Part shown: piece by piece, positions 39,597 through 51,323 of the stretch | How the letters are laid out: each line of letters begins with the position of its first letter | Numbering within the stretch: position 1 is the first letter of the stretch | Source: Sarea resinae | Taxonomy: Eukaryota | Direction: 5' to 3' | Assembly: GCA_026026165.1 (NCBI GenBank) | Contig: JAPEUD010000014.1 | Coordinates: 186,001 to 250,000, forward strand | DNA length: 64,000 nucleotides | Program-made: the position numbers and the translations under genes | The notes under the pieces: generated by a model | Database searches by the model: none | The model's input: the letters and a program-made list of their open reading frames with translations, nothing else | What the model was told of the DNA's origin: nothing

Positions 39597-42500
39597 ATGG
39601 AGCGGTCAAAGGATGGGGCACGCAACCCGAAACTATCCAAAAGAGACATCCAAGATGGATCCATCATGGGCGTAAGCTTGCAAGATTCCGCGAATTGGCG
39701 AGGACGGCAATGTATTGATGATCAGAAAATCAGACCAACAGTAGTAGTATCGTCTCAAAACGCAGTGTGGAGAGAATTTATTATCCCACCGAATTGCAAT
39801 TCTTTCGTCACTTCGTAAAGAAGCCACAGCGGCGTTCACCCTTAATTAATCGGGGATATTGGATCCGTATGCACGCCATTGACCAAGTCGTCCGACAATT
39901 TCTCTCTCAGCCCTCTGTACAGCCAAAAGTGGTCGTCAACTTGGGTTGTGGCTAGTGAGTGCGAAGCTCTCGAATTTGGACAGCTTCAGCTTCAATCTGA
40001 CTCATGCACGTCTCCAGCGATCCACTACCATTTCAGTGCTTAAGCAGGTATCCAACAACCTGCCAAAATGCTAGATTCGTGGATGTCGATTATGAGCAGC
40101 TCATGTGGAAGAAAACCGAAACGATCTCGTCGACCGAGCAACTTCGAGAATGGCTGACCAATGTCGAGATAGGCGCGCCCGATCAGACTATCATGCTCCG
40201 AAGCAGCCAGTATCTGGCTGTGGGATGTGATCTGAGGAATATGGAGAAGCTTACCGCTGCTCTGGAGAAAGAACTTGGGAATACTGACTGTAGAACACTT
40301 TTCATTGCTGAAGTTTCTATCACCTATATGGATGTGGAAGCCGCTGATTCTGTCATCAGCTGGGCGGCTCGGTTTAATGATTGTAAGTGCATCTTCCAAG
40401 ATATTGACCGCATCTAAAACCATGTTGCGATTTTTGATACTATGGGCCCTCAAGCTCTCCGCTGCTCGTCTGGATCTATCTGACATGATTGAACAGCACA
40501 CTTTTGCCTACTTGAACAGATCCTACCTGATGGCCCTGATCATCCATTTGCCAGTACAATGATGGGGCATTTCAACAAACTCGGGACTCCTTTGAAGTCA
40601 GTCCTGAAGTATCCTAAGCTTGAAGATCAGCGTCAGCGTTTCGTGACTGGAGGTTGGCCATTGCCTGTCGCAACCACATTATGGGACCTTTGGGGGTCTT
40701 CCTTATTTTTGAGCGCCGAGAAGCGGATGCATTTAGACTCAGTGGAGCCTTTTGATGAGTGGGAGGAGTTTGCATTATTTGGCTCGCACTATATACTGCT
40801 TATTGCCTCCAAGGATATCTCACCAGACGACGGAAGATCGACCTCGCCCGCGTGGCTGGAGCTATTCGACGAACAGAAAATGCCAAGTGCTCATCCCGCC
40901 ACTCGGCCGTCAGTTTTGGGTCAATGTCAATTCTCGGAAAATCCGAAAGGATATGGTCAACGGCGATTTGGAGCACTACTACCTGTGGCAAAAAGCGCTA
41001 TAGGCTACCATGGAGGGATAGGTGTGCAAGCTCGCCTGAACAATTCTGATATCTATGCGGGCCCTTCCGCAGACTTCTTCGATAAGCATCTTCTCCCGCC
41101 GCCGATGCAGGCTCGGGTATGTCACACAATCTCGGATCTGAATGGTGGAGATTGTTTGTTGGTAGGTGGAAGGGCCTCACCGGACAAAGCACTATCAGAT
41201 TGCTGGCTGCGAGAAGAAGGCACCTGGCAGCAGGTTGAAGAATTGCCCATGGGTCGCTACAGGCACTGTGCATCTACAGTCTCTTTGACAGGGGCTCCAG
41301 TAAACAGCTTCGTTTTAGTCTTTGGAGGTAAGAATAGTGAGGGCAAAGTCCTGGATGACTGGATATGTTGGCACACTTTATCCGGCTGGCAAGAAGTTCA
41401 CACATCTGGAAGTGCTCCAGTGCCGAGATTTGGAGCCTCTATGGTTTCTATGGGCGATCATCGTGGAATCATGCTTGGCGGAATGGACCAAGAAAGTCTC
41501 GTGCTCTCAGATTGCTGGGAATATACCTTTAGCTGTTCCGATACCCCTATCCTCACGTTTCGCAACCTCTCTCTCCAATTTCAGGGAGATCCTGCTGCCA
41601 ATCTATGCTTCAACAGGCTTGGATCTCAGTTACTTCGACTCGATTCGAGTGTTATAGTCGTAGGCGGGATAGCTGGACATGGATTGCTACACCACAGCGA
41701 TGAGTTCATGATTCTCAACCCGGACCAGTCGTCTATCATGACGATGGATGTGGAAGCTAGCGGCGTTAGGCCACTTCTTGTTGGCTTTGCATTGGCTCGA
41801 ACTGAAAATCAAAATATACAACTTTTTGGAGGGGGTGCGGTCTGCTTTTCCTTTGGCACCTACTGGAATACAGGGGTATGGTCCCTTCGTTTCAGTGAGC
41901 ATGAGCCCGCAAGCCCTTGGCTTCTTCGAATTGAAGATATGAAGACACCTGCAAAGGGAGCTTCAGCTGGCAACTATGGACTCTCAATTGATGGCCACGC
42001 AACTGTCAGCGGAGTTGTCGGTGTGATGCCTGTTCCAAGGATCCACATCGCAAAAGCGCGAGACTTCGAAAGACTCGTTAATAAAGCTCGGCCTGCCATT
42101 ATTGAGGGTCTTGATATTGGGATATGCACAAAAGAGTGGTCACTCGACTATCTCAAGGAGAAGATCGGTGCTGATCATCCAGTAGGTTAATACGGCTCTG
42201 ATTTGTGGCTTGATTAATGCTTATATGCAATACAGGTCGTCGTTCACGAAGCAAAATCCGAATTTATGAGCTTCAACGAGAAGAATTTCTCTTACGTGAC
42301 CAAGCCATTTGGCCAATTTCTGGATGCAATAAATCAGGGTGAGAAGGAGTATCTTCGATCATTAGCATCTGATAAGCCGCTGGAGAAGCCATCAGAAGTA
42401 GCCCACGACTTTCCACCTATATCGAGTGACTTTAGGTTACCGCCAGAACTCGCCTTGGTTACTACCAATGCACATAGCTCTCCTTTGAGAATTTCGGGCC

Positions 42501-43055
42501 CCGTGACTGTTTGGCTTCACTACGATGTAAGTCTTATTTCAAGATAGGGATAGGGACGGCCGAGCCGATGTTGACTGTGTTAAGGTTATGGCGAATGTCT
42601 TATGTCAGATCCGAGGAACGAAGCGTATACTGGTCTATCCCCCATCAGACGTCAACTATCTTGCCTTCCCGCCAGGCGCATCAAGTTCTTCGATCAATGT
42701 CTTCGAAGCTGACACATCGTCTCATCCTCTACTGGCGCATGCTCATCCATTTGAAGCTATCCTTAGACCAGGGGATGTTCTTTTCATCCCTGCTCTATGG
42801 CTCCATACAACAACGTCTACGGACGGCCTGAGCGTGTCAATCAACGTGTTCTTTCGCAATCTGAAGGCGGGGTATGCGGCCGGAAGAGATGTCTACGGCA
42901 ATCGCGACTTGCAGGCATATGAGAAAGGCCGAAAAGATATCGAGAAGATCACCAAGAGCTTCGAAGGACTGCCCCTTGACATGGGCCGATTCTACTTGGA
43001 GCGACTTGCGGGCGAGTTGCAAGAGAGAGCGAGAGCCTTTGGGTCATATAGGTGA
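39597..43055 (+). CDS. PPM2: tRNA wybutosine-synthesizing protein 4 (Ppm2/Tyw4 LCM methyltransferase + Kelch) fused to a C-terminal JmjC domain; 6 exons
   Basis: [59 protein letters not shown], Kelch repeats (LLVGGR, VFGGK), [14 protein letters not shown], JmjC WLHYD...[25 protein letters not shown]. Confidence 0.93.
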
Positions 43056-44700
43056 TCGGGGTACTCTAAAACTACGGTAGGATTGTAGGTCTCGGCCAGT
43101 CGCGTGCCCATGTGGAGAGAAACGCCGGACGCGGGAGAGTCACACTGGGGACCAGGCAAGTTGCAAGGGCCAAGCTGTCGGCAGCAATTGGCCCGATCAA
43201 TCAGTACTGAAGAGGCAGATTGAGAACAGACCGAGATGCCGGACATGGCCATGTTGCTGCACGGGAAACGCTGAAGACGAGTGAAAGTAAGTGACGGGGG
43301 CTCCTGGGAATTGCCGGCACATTCTGAGCCTAGGTAGGTGGATAGGTACGTGGAGTACGGAGTCGAGCAGTGAGCAGCAGCATTGATATGTGTGAAGGGT
43401 CTCGCGTGCGGGGGTGTTGTTTGTGCTATCGTCGATCCATGGGGTTCATTTAGCGGTACTAAGACAGGGCTCCGTGGCTGTATGTAGTACTATGAGCGGA
43501 GTACGGAGCATGAAGTAGTCGGGTGGGTCTCGTCACGGCTAGCCCGTTGCTATGAAGTACGTAGTACTCTAGCACTTTCCTTTGCCGCGAGAGAGTCCCT
43601 GTACGAGTACCCAGTCATAAGCGATCTGGACCCAAACACGAGTATCCTTTGCTTCCAGGTACCTCGACGATCAGCAATTCAGCAGTGGCGAGTGAGGTCC
43701 TGCCACTAATGAGGTTCGTCCATGGCCCTAAGGTGGTGACCGGTCAAGGTACTCCGGAGTAGTCGACACTGGCCGTGACCTTATCTGGGCCCTGCGACGG
43801 GACGATATCTCTCTCATATCTCTCGAAGGCGTCCATTGAGACCGGTCGCGGCGATAAGAGAGCAGCATGGCGAGCAACTAGAGCCGGTCGAGAAGACATG
43901 GACAGGCGGGTGGACATGGAGCGATGCCTGCTTGAACTGCCGGCCTAGAACACCTCACGCCTCACTTACCCATCTCACCCATCTCACTCATCTCTCCCAT
44001 CTCTCCCATCTCACCGCACCTGGCCCCATGCCCATTTGACGTGGTGATGTTCCTCGGGTCAATCGAGGCATGATGACGGGAGGAAGTGTAGTCGTAAATG
44101 CTTCGGTACATGGTCACAATCGACGAGCAGCGACACCGTGAGGCGGTCTTCTGGAGGGGCCACCTATATCAGATGTTACATACGGAAGTCCAAAATCAAA
44201 TGAGATTCCGCAGATATCGAGAACGGTCGGAGATGGACATGGAAATGGAGGGTCGTCTCGATCGACTGGTGGATGGATGGATCGTAGGCACTTCCTTAGC
44301 GGAAATGATTGGCGATGGAGGATTCCCGACCGGCGTAAGGAGGCGTCGGAAGAATGCCAGCGATGCCGAACTTAGCGGACGCCCCAACTGGAGACGTCCA
44401 ATAGACGAACGGCAACTTGCCCGATTAGAGCGTCTGCTACGCTGCGACGGGACTAGAGCGGAAGCTTAGGGTGGACGAGGGTGGACGGAAGGTTTAACGA
44501 GTGTTGATGGAGGGTCGAGGGTCGAGGGGGTGGGATGGGTGGGATGGGTGGGAGGGATCCATGGCGGGAGACGTGACATGGGTGGAAGGGAAGATACACG
44601 CCCAAGAGAGAGATATGGCCGCAGCGGAGCGCAATCACGCGTACCGATACAACTCTGCCGTCGACAGAGAAGTCTCGACAGACAGCGAGCAGAGAGCGGC

Positions 44701-44703
<3 letters not shown>

Positions 44704-44735
<32 letters not shown>
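44704..44735. repeat. (GA)n microsatellite
   Basis: Directly visible. Confidence 0.95.
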
Positions 44736-44740
<5 letters not shown>

Positions 44741-45635
44741 GGCAAATATGCCTCTTTCGCTCTCGGTCTGGTGTGCCTGCGTCGAGTCGTTGTGTGCTGC
44801 TCCATATCGCCCATTGCGACTGACTGACTGACTGCGTGCTCTCGGTCCTAGCCACCTCGTCGTGATAGCACAGAGGAAGAAGCCCAAGACCCAGGCCTGA
44901 CACAAGATGGCGCGGAGACTGTCCACCTTCTCACAGCCTTTCCTCTACTGATTCTTACATCTCGTCCCATTGTTCAGAGTCGGATCATGAAACCCAACAT
45001 GCACATACCATTCATCCTGCTAATCCACATGCCAATCTCGAAAGATTAGCTCCCCTGCTATCGTCCAGTCTTACCTTTCTCTCCGTCGCACAAACAACAA
45101 TAATAAATCCCAGTGGTCTGGAGCCTCGAAAGCCTCCATCACTTTGGCCGCGCTCTCTCTGCTCGACTCGATAGCATCCGACACGTTCGTACAATAATCC
45201 CGATATAATCCTCCTCTCTCTCCTTCCCCATTTGCTGTCTGCCGAATTGCTGTATGAGAAGTCTTTGAGGGCGGATACATCAGGGGATCGTCGGATTCGG
45301 TCAGTCTCAGACACGCCCGCCTGCATATCTAAGCCTTCAGGTGAGTGATGTCACGCCAATGCAGCTATCCGGGCTCTATGTGATATCACAGAAAAGCGAA
45401 GCTGACACTTCATCTATCTCAGCATCTCAATCGCACTATATCAACCTCATATATCCTCCCCGGACTGGGCCCCATACAACCCACCAGCCAGCGGGACCTA
45501 GCTCGAGCTCAGCAGCACATTACAACGAAGGACCCTAGCTTTGACTAGAGCAAGGGCGCAACATCGGGACGAGCAGGTCTCAATCCACAATTCCCGAGAT
45601 TTGAATCGGCTTCCGTCGTCGACGATATCCGCATA

Positions 45636-47990
45636 ATGGCTACGGTTGTTGCTCGGCCACCAGCCCCCGTCCGGCAATCGCCTACTCCACCTCCATTGCC
45701 TCCAACACTGACGTTGAACACATCGTCAAGAGGGATTCCGGTACCCGTCCCTAATAAGCACATACCCGTCTGCCCCACAGGCCCATCGCCGGCGCAGACA
45801 CCAGCAACCCCACCGGCATCACCGCCTACCAAACATCTCTCTATCCAGACATCCTCTATCTTGCACCCAACAGAGAATTATTTGAGGATCATCGACTCGC
45901 CGCCCGTCTACTCGATAGACCCGCCCACCCTTGCCGCCGCCCTCGACCATATAGCAACCCAGCCTCTGCCCGAGCCGAAGCAGGTTTTTCCATGGCTTCA
46001 TGGCCTGCACCCAGAGAATCATATCCAGATTACGTTCTTTGCCGCGAGGAGAAGCTCCCTGAGAAGAACTCCAACATGCATTCGCGGTGTCACGATTGTC
46101 AAGGCTGGTGGGGAAATGAACAAGTCCAAATTAAAAGGAGCGATTGCGCCAGAAGAATTGCTCTCCATGGACAGATACCCAGATTTTCTAGAAGCTGATC
46201 CGAAAGATGGCTTCTCAGTAAGAAACTTTCAGATTCAAGTTATGAAGATGGCGAGGGTATCCGATATCGTTGTATACGGCGACGAAGATACTCAATTTGA
46301 GGTCGTAGAATCTCTGGCAGCAAGAATTTCAATGGCGCAAAGAGCTTGGAAGGACAGAAACGATTCTGGCAAAAACGATCCACCTCCATTCAATACCTTT
46401 GTGCTTTCCAGTCAGTCCATATAACGCTCAGTACCGGCTATCACAGCTAATTTACTTGCTAGGCCCTTTCCATGAAATCGAGAAAAATCATCCCGAATTG
46501 GTTGCGCTGGATTCCAGAGGCTGCATGACTGGACATGTTGTCGACTTTTGTAAGACTACCCTGGAGCTGAAGTGTCTATCACAAACTTACCCCAAAATAG
46601 TCAGTCGTGAGCGTGAGGAGATGTTTATCATGTCCCAAGCGTCTGAATTTTGCAATGACGTATTTCTTGGGCCCACACCCGATCCGGCGCTCCACGTCCC
46701 TGACGTACCAAGCGTTGGCGAAGAAGACTTTGATATCCTAATTGAAACCAGTGACATGGCTCGACTTCCGACCCGCAGTACTCTCCAGCACGTAGTCGAT
46801 TCGTTGGAGCAGACGGGCAAGTCACAGAGGATAGAGTTCCCTTCCTCTGGGAGTATCATGCCCCCAACGTGGTCGCACACAGAAGTTGACGGTTTGGTGG
46901 ACATGTGTCGATGGATCTACGAACTTGCGAATGCCCGAAAGATGCTCGAGCCCGAAGAGGAACTTGATTCCGATGGAGACAAATCTATGGTGCTTCTCAA
47001 TCTGAAGCCACGAAGAATCCTGATTCATTGCGCCGACGGCTATACCGAAAGCTCATTGCTAGCCTTGACTTACTGCATGTATGCCGAAGGAATACCGGTT
47101 CACGAAGCTTGGCTCCGTATGCACTGCGAAAAGAAGCGCAACTTCTTCGCCTATCCGTCTGACGTTGCCTTACTTACTTGCATCCAGCCGCGCCTATTGC
47201 AAGAGTCGCCGCGGCAACCGAAACTCGGCGCCATTGCAGAGCCGTCCTGGCTAGCGCGCATGGACGGTTCCTTGCCGAGTAGGATCTTACCTTATATGTA
47301 TCTCGGCAATCTGGGCCACGCCAATAATCCTGAGCTATTGAAGGCCTTAGGGATAAAAAGAATCTTGAGCGTTGGGGAATCGATCGCCTGGACGAAAGCA
47401 GAGCTGGAGAGCTGGGGACAAGAGAATCTCATGTTTGTCGACCAGGTACAGGACAATGGGGTTGATCCTTTGACAGAAGATTTTGATCGATGCTTGGAAT
47501 TTATTGGTGAGTCCGGTCAAATTTATTGTCACAATGCCCTTCTTCAAGCTCATGCTCATGGGATGATACAGAACGGGGAAGATTAGACTCCACTGCAACT
47601 TTAGTTCATTGTCGAGTCGGCGTCTCTCGATCCGCAACCATCTGTATCGCTGAGGTCATGAGCCAATGTGGTCTTTCTTTTCCTCGCGCCTAGTAAGTAA
47701 ATCTTCACCTACTGCAATTATCCCTAACTAAGAATCTTCAGCTGCTTTGTCCGAGCCCGTCGTCTGAATGTCATAATTCAGCCTCATCTCCGCTTCTCGT
47801 AAGTTTTCTTCCTTCATCATTTGAACAGTTGCCGCCATAAGAGCCTCACCTGACAGAAGGCCGCAGGTACGAGTTGCTCAAATGGGAGGAGCATCAGCAA
47901 CGGAAGCGTAACGAAACTATCAAGCGCGAGTTGGAGTGGGCAACTATTGCCCAGGAAATCGCTTTGATGAACAAACCATACTCGCGGTAA
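45636..47990 (+). CDS. PPS1: Dual-specificity protein phosphatase, Pps1-like; 6 exons
   Basis: VFPWLHGLHPEN, GFSVRNFQIQ, LIHCADGYTESSLL, GSLPSRILPYMYLGNLGHANN, VQDNGVDPL, catalytic LVHCRVGVSRSATICIAEVM, VRARRLNVIIQPHLRF. Confidence 0.9.
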
Positions 47991-49081
47991 CAGCGTGATG
48001 TAATGAGTGGATGAACGATTTAACGATCTGTGATGAGTGGGATTGATAACAAATGGGAGATGACGGAAATATATTGAATGATGGATAATGGATAATGGGT
48101 CATGATCTATTGTTCTCTCGTTTGTATCGGGGATGGACAAGGCAAGGAAAGGAAAGGAATGGAAATGCAGGAAACTGGGACCTGATGTGTCGGTATCTTT
48201 TGTGTTTCCCTGCCACTGGGCCCAGTCGCTTTGATCAATTCGGAAAAAGGGTTTTTGATTCTTTGTTTCGCTTCGGTTTCTGTCTTCCCACAGACACCGT
48301 CTGACAGCCCTCTATGCTGCCGTTTGCTGGTCGCGGGTGTCGAATTTGGGTTTTTGGGGACCTTTTACTTTTCAAAGCTTTCAGCGCTCTGGCATATATC
48401 TGACCTTGATGGATCTACATCTGGCTTATTCGTTCTACGGTGTTACTAGTATGTGGAAATCTCCCAAGACCTCTTAATTGACTCGAGTGGAACGCTTGGT
48501 GTTTGCACAACTAGCATGTCAGTGAAGCATGATATAGCAAGCAAGTCGAGTGAGTGTCTGGGCAATAACAGAGTCAGGAGAGGCGTAGTCGGCATAGAGT
48601 AAGCTTATCCTAGGGTCTACATTCTAGGAATATCGTTTCGCTATTTTCTTGCCATCTTGGCGACTCTGAGTCAAACCTCATCCATCGGAAATCTGAATCT
48701 CGTTTCTTGTTCTTCACTATGCATGGGTTGATGCTATTGAATTGTGCCTGGTGTTGACTGCCTCCGGATTGATAATGGCACAGGTGTCGAGCTACGATTG
48801 ATGCCCTTTTCGGCGGTCAACGCCCTTTATCACGAAGGGAAGGAGATACTAGTGTCAAGTAAAAGGAGGATTCACAAGACGTTTCTATATGCAAGCGTCC
48901 TCACCAAAGAACTCCATGCCGGCTCCTACGCCGTTCCTTTTTCTCTTGACAAACGCCAGAAGACATATCACTTGGAAGCCAGTCTCCCTCTCCTCGTAAT
49001 GCTCGCCCAAATCACCCAACCCTATAGGCCCCACCCCATGCCATCCAAACCCCGCAGTAACGTCCCCAGAGCGAGACAAAA

Positions 49082-49611
49082 TCACGCCTCGCCCGGCCTC
49101 CTGCTACTGCAGCTAACTATCTTAACCCTCTCGGCATGAACGGTGCTCTGGTTGTCTAGCTTGAAATTGATGTCCTTGATCAGGAACGTCCAGACCTCGT
49201 CGCAGAAACGGTACGTGTCTAGGTGACCCTGTAACCATGAAAATGCGTCACGCATATCGATCAGCCCAAATTTTCCTTCTCCCCATGTGAAAGCTAATGA
49301 GCAGGATGTCTGTGGTATGCTGTTTACCTTGAAGTTCAACCTCGCCTTGACCTTGTCCGCCAAGACCTCGCTGATGCTCCGGTCGAAGTTCGCGAGGATC
49401 TTCATCGCGAGCTGCGGCTCCATGCGCCGGGCACTGATGAGGTCGTCGAGCGTGTCGGTCAGAGCCAGTCCAAGACTGCGTGCATAAGCCGCGCGGTTAG
49501 TCAGAGTTCCTTCTCCCTGTTTCTTCTTTCATGTGCGCCAGCGGAACTTGAGGGGGTGGAAATATACCTGCTCCGACGATACAGCTCGTAATAATTCGTC
49601 GCTCCACTCAT
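49082..49611 (-). CDS. TOA2: Transcription initiation factor IIA gamma subunit, 3 exons
   Basis: [49 protein letters not shown]...[21 protein letters not shown]. Confidence 0.96.
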
Positions 49612-49927
49612 CTTGACCTGATCTTACGACGAGACGGATGAGGCGCGGGGGAGGTTGTAGGAGGGAAGTGAGCGATGATGTTGAGGTCGTTGATAAGGTG
49701 ATGTGGGGTTGGCGGCAGTGAGGCTGTGCTTATGTAATCAGAGCTCCGTCGCCGTCCTTTCGAGATGAGGTAAAGTATACAGCCCGAGCGATGGTAAAGC
49801 AGGGCCCCGACAAACGTCAGTGTAAACGTCGACGTGAAGCTACCATCGTCTTCGATTCGACTGTGCAACACATCACTCGGCGGGCCTCTTCCTTACCTGC
49901 TCATTCGACAGCAGGAAGACCGCAGTG

Positions 49928-50740
49928 ATGAGTCTCTACTATGCGGCTGGCGGCTCGACCGCCGCCCTGACCGTGGTTGGGCTCTGTGAGTTATTCCGTT
50001 GTGAGGCCCACCAAGAACGAAGCTGTGCTAATGCGGTGCAGATATGCTTTTCACCGGCGACGGAGAAGCTTTCAATGTGGGCATGGCTTTTGTTAATGCT
50101 GCAGGCTTTTGGCTCACACTCTCTACAGGTTGGGCAATTCCTCGAAACGGTATCCCCCTACGCATGGGCAGATTTGGGGATCGCCCTCTGCATCGGCTTG
50201 TCAGTGGTTGGAGCTGCATGGTAGGTGGAGGAATGGAAGCTTTGTCCGCCTACCACTAACGATCTACAGGGGCATCTTCATCACCGGCTCATCGATTCTC
50301 GGAGGAGGCGTCAAAGCCCCTCGAATTAGAACCAAGAATCTCATCTCGATCATCTTCTGCGAGGTCGTCGCTATCTACGGCGTTATCATGGCCATTGTCT
50401 TCTCGTCGAAGATCGGCCTTGTTGAGAGTGACAACATCTACTCTGGAAGCAACTACTATACTGGCTATGCGCTCTTCTGGGCCGGCTTGACCGTGGGCGG
50501 GTGTAACCTGATCTGTGGTGTTTCTGTGGGCATCAACGGCAGCAGTGCCGCATTGGCTGATGCAGCTGACCCGAGCTTGTACGTTTCCTCTCCGTGAGAC
50601 GGTTGCCATCTTTTTGCTAATTACTTCGGTCCCTTAGATTCGTCAAGATCCTCGTCATCGAGATCTTCAGCTCCGTCCTGGGTCTATTCGGCTTGATTGT
50701 AGGCCTCCTTATTTCCGGAAAAGCGCCAGCATTTGCTTGA
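49928..50740 (+). CDS. VMA16: V-ATPase V0 proteolipid subunit c'', 5 exons
   Basis: [80 protein letters not shown]...[24 protein letters not shown]. Confidence 0.96.
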
Positions 50741-51323
50741 GGAGGGAGAGAATCATCAACGAAGGGAGTCTTTGTAATATCAGAGCATCATGGCAAGGAG
50801 CTAACGGAGGCGGGCAGTCTCGAGAAAGCAGCCTTCTTTGTATCGGCCCGCTGAAGGCTTGCGTCCCTCGCAGGATGTATAGCGCCCCGGAGGCGTTAGG
50901 GTATAAAGTCATCACTTGAGCGAAAGTTGAATAGCATCGTTTTGATTGAGAGACATATCGATTGGCAAGTGTGTATCATGCCATTAAAGGTGTCATCTTC
51001 TGTAACATATTCAATATCTGGACTACATTCCCTTGAGCTTCTGGCGTAGGAAGATGTCATCGGATTAGACTTTGAGCATCAACATGCCAACGCCGTCCTG
51101 GATCGAGTCTTGATGTATTTTGCTCGGTAGACTTGCAGAGGTGCATTTCGTCGGCAGGGATCAGCGTAGATCTAGAAATGGCCGTCCTTACTGCGGCAGC
51201 TACTCCGTACACGCGCGCAAGTACCCCGCGTCACCGCAGATCGACGATAGCCATTCTCAAGCGCCTTTCGTCATCGCCGTCTTCGACATCCATGGTAAAC
51301 ACCACCCAAACCACTCGGAAATA

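Noticed and set aside
50077..50128. VMA16 intron whose donor GTGGGCA resembles the next exon start GTTGGGCA (intron gain by duplication)
   Set aside because: The similarity is too short to distinguish from chance; a GTGGGT donor also occurs in VPS15 and the channel gene.
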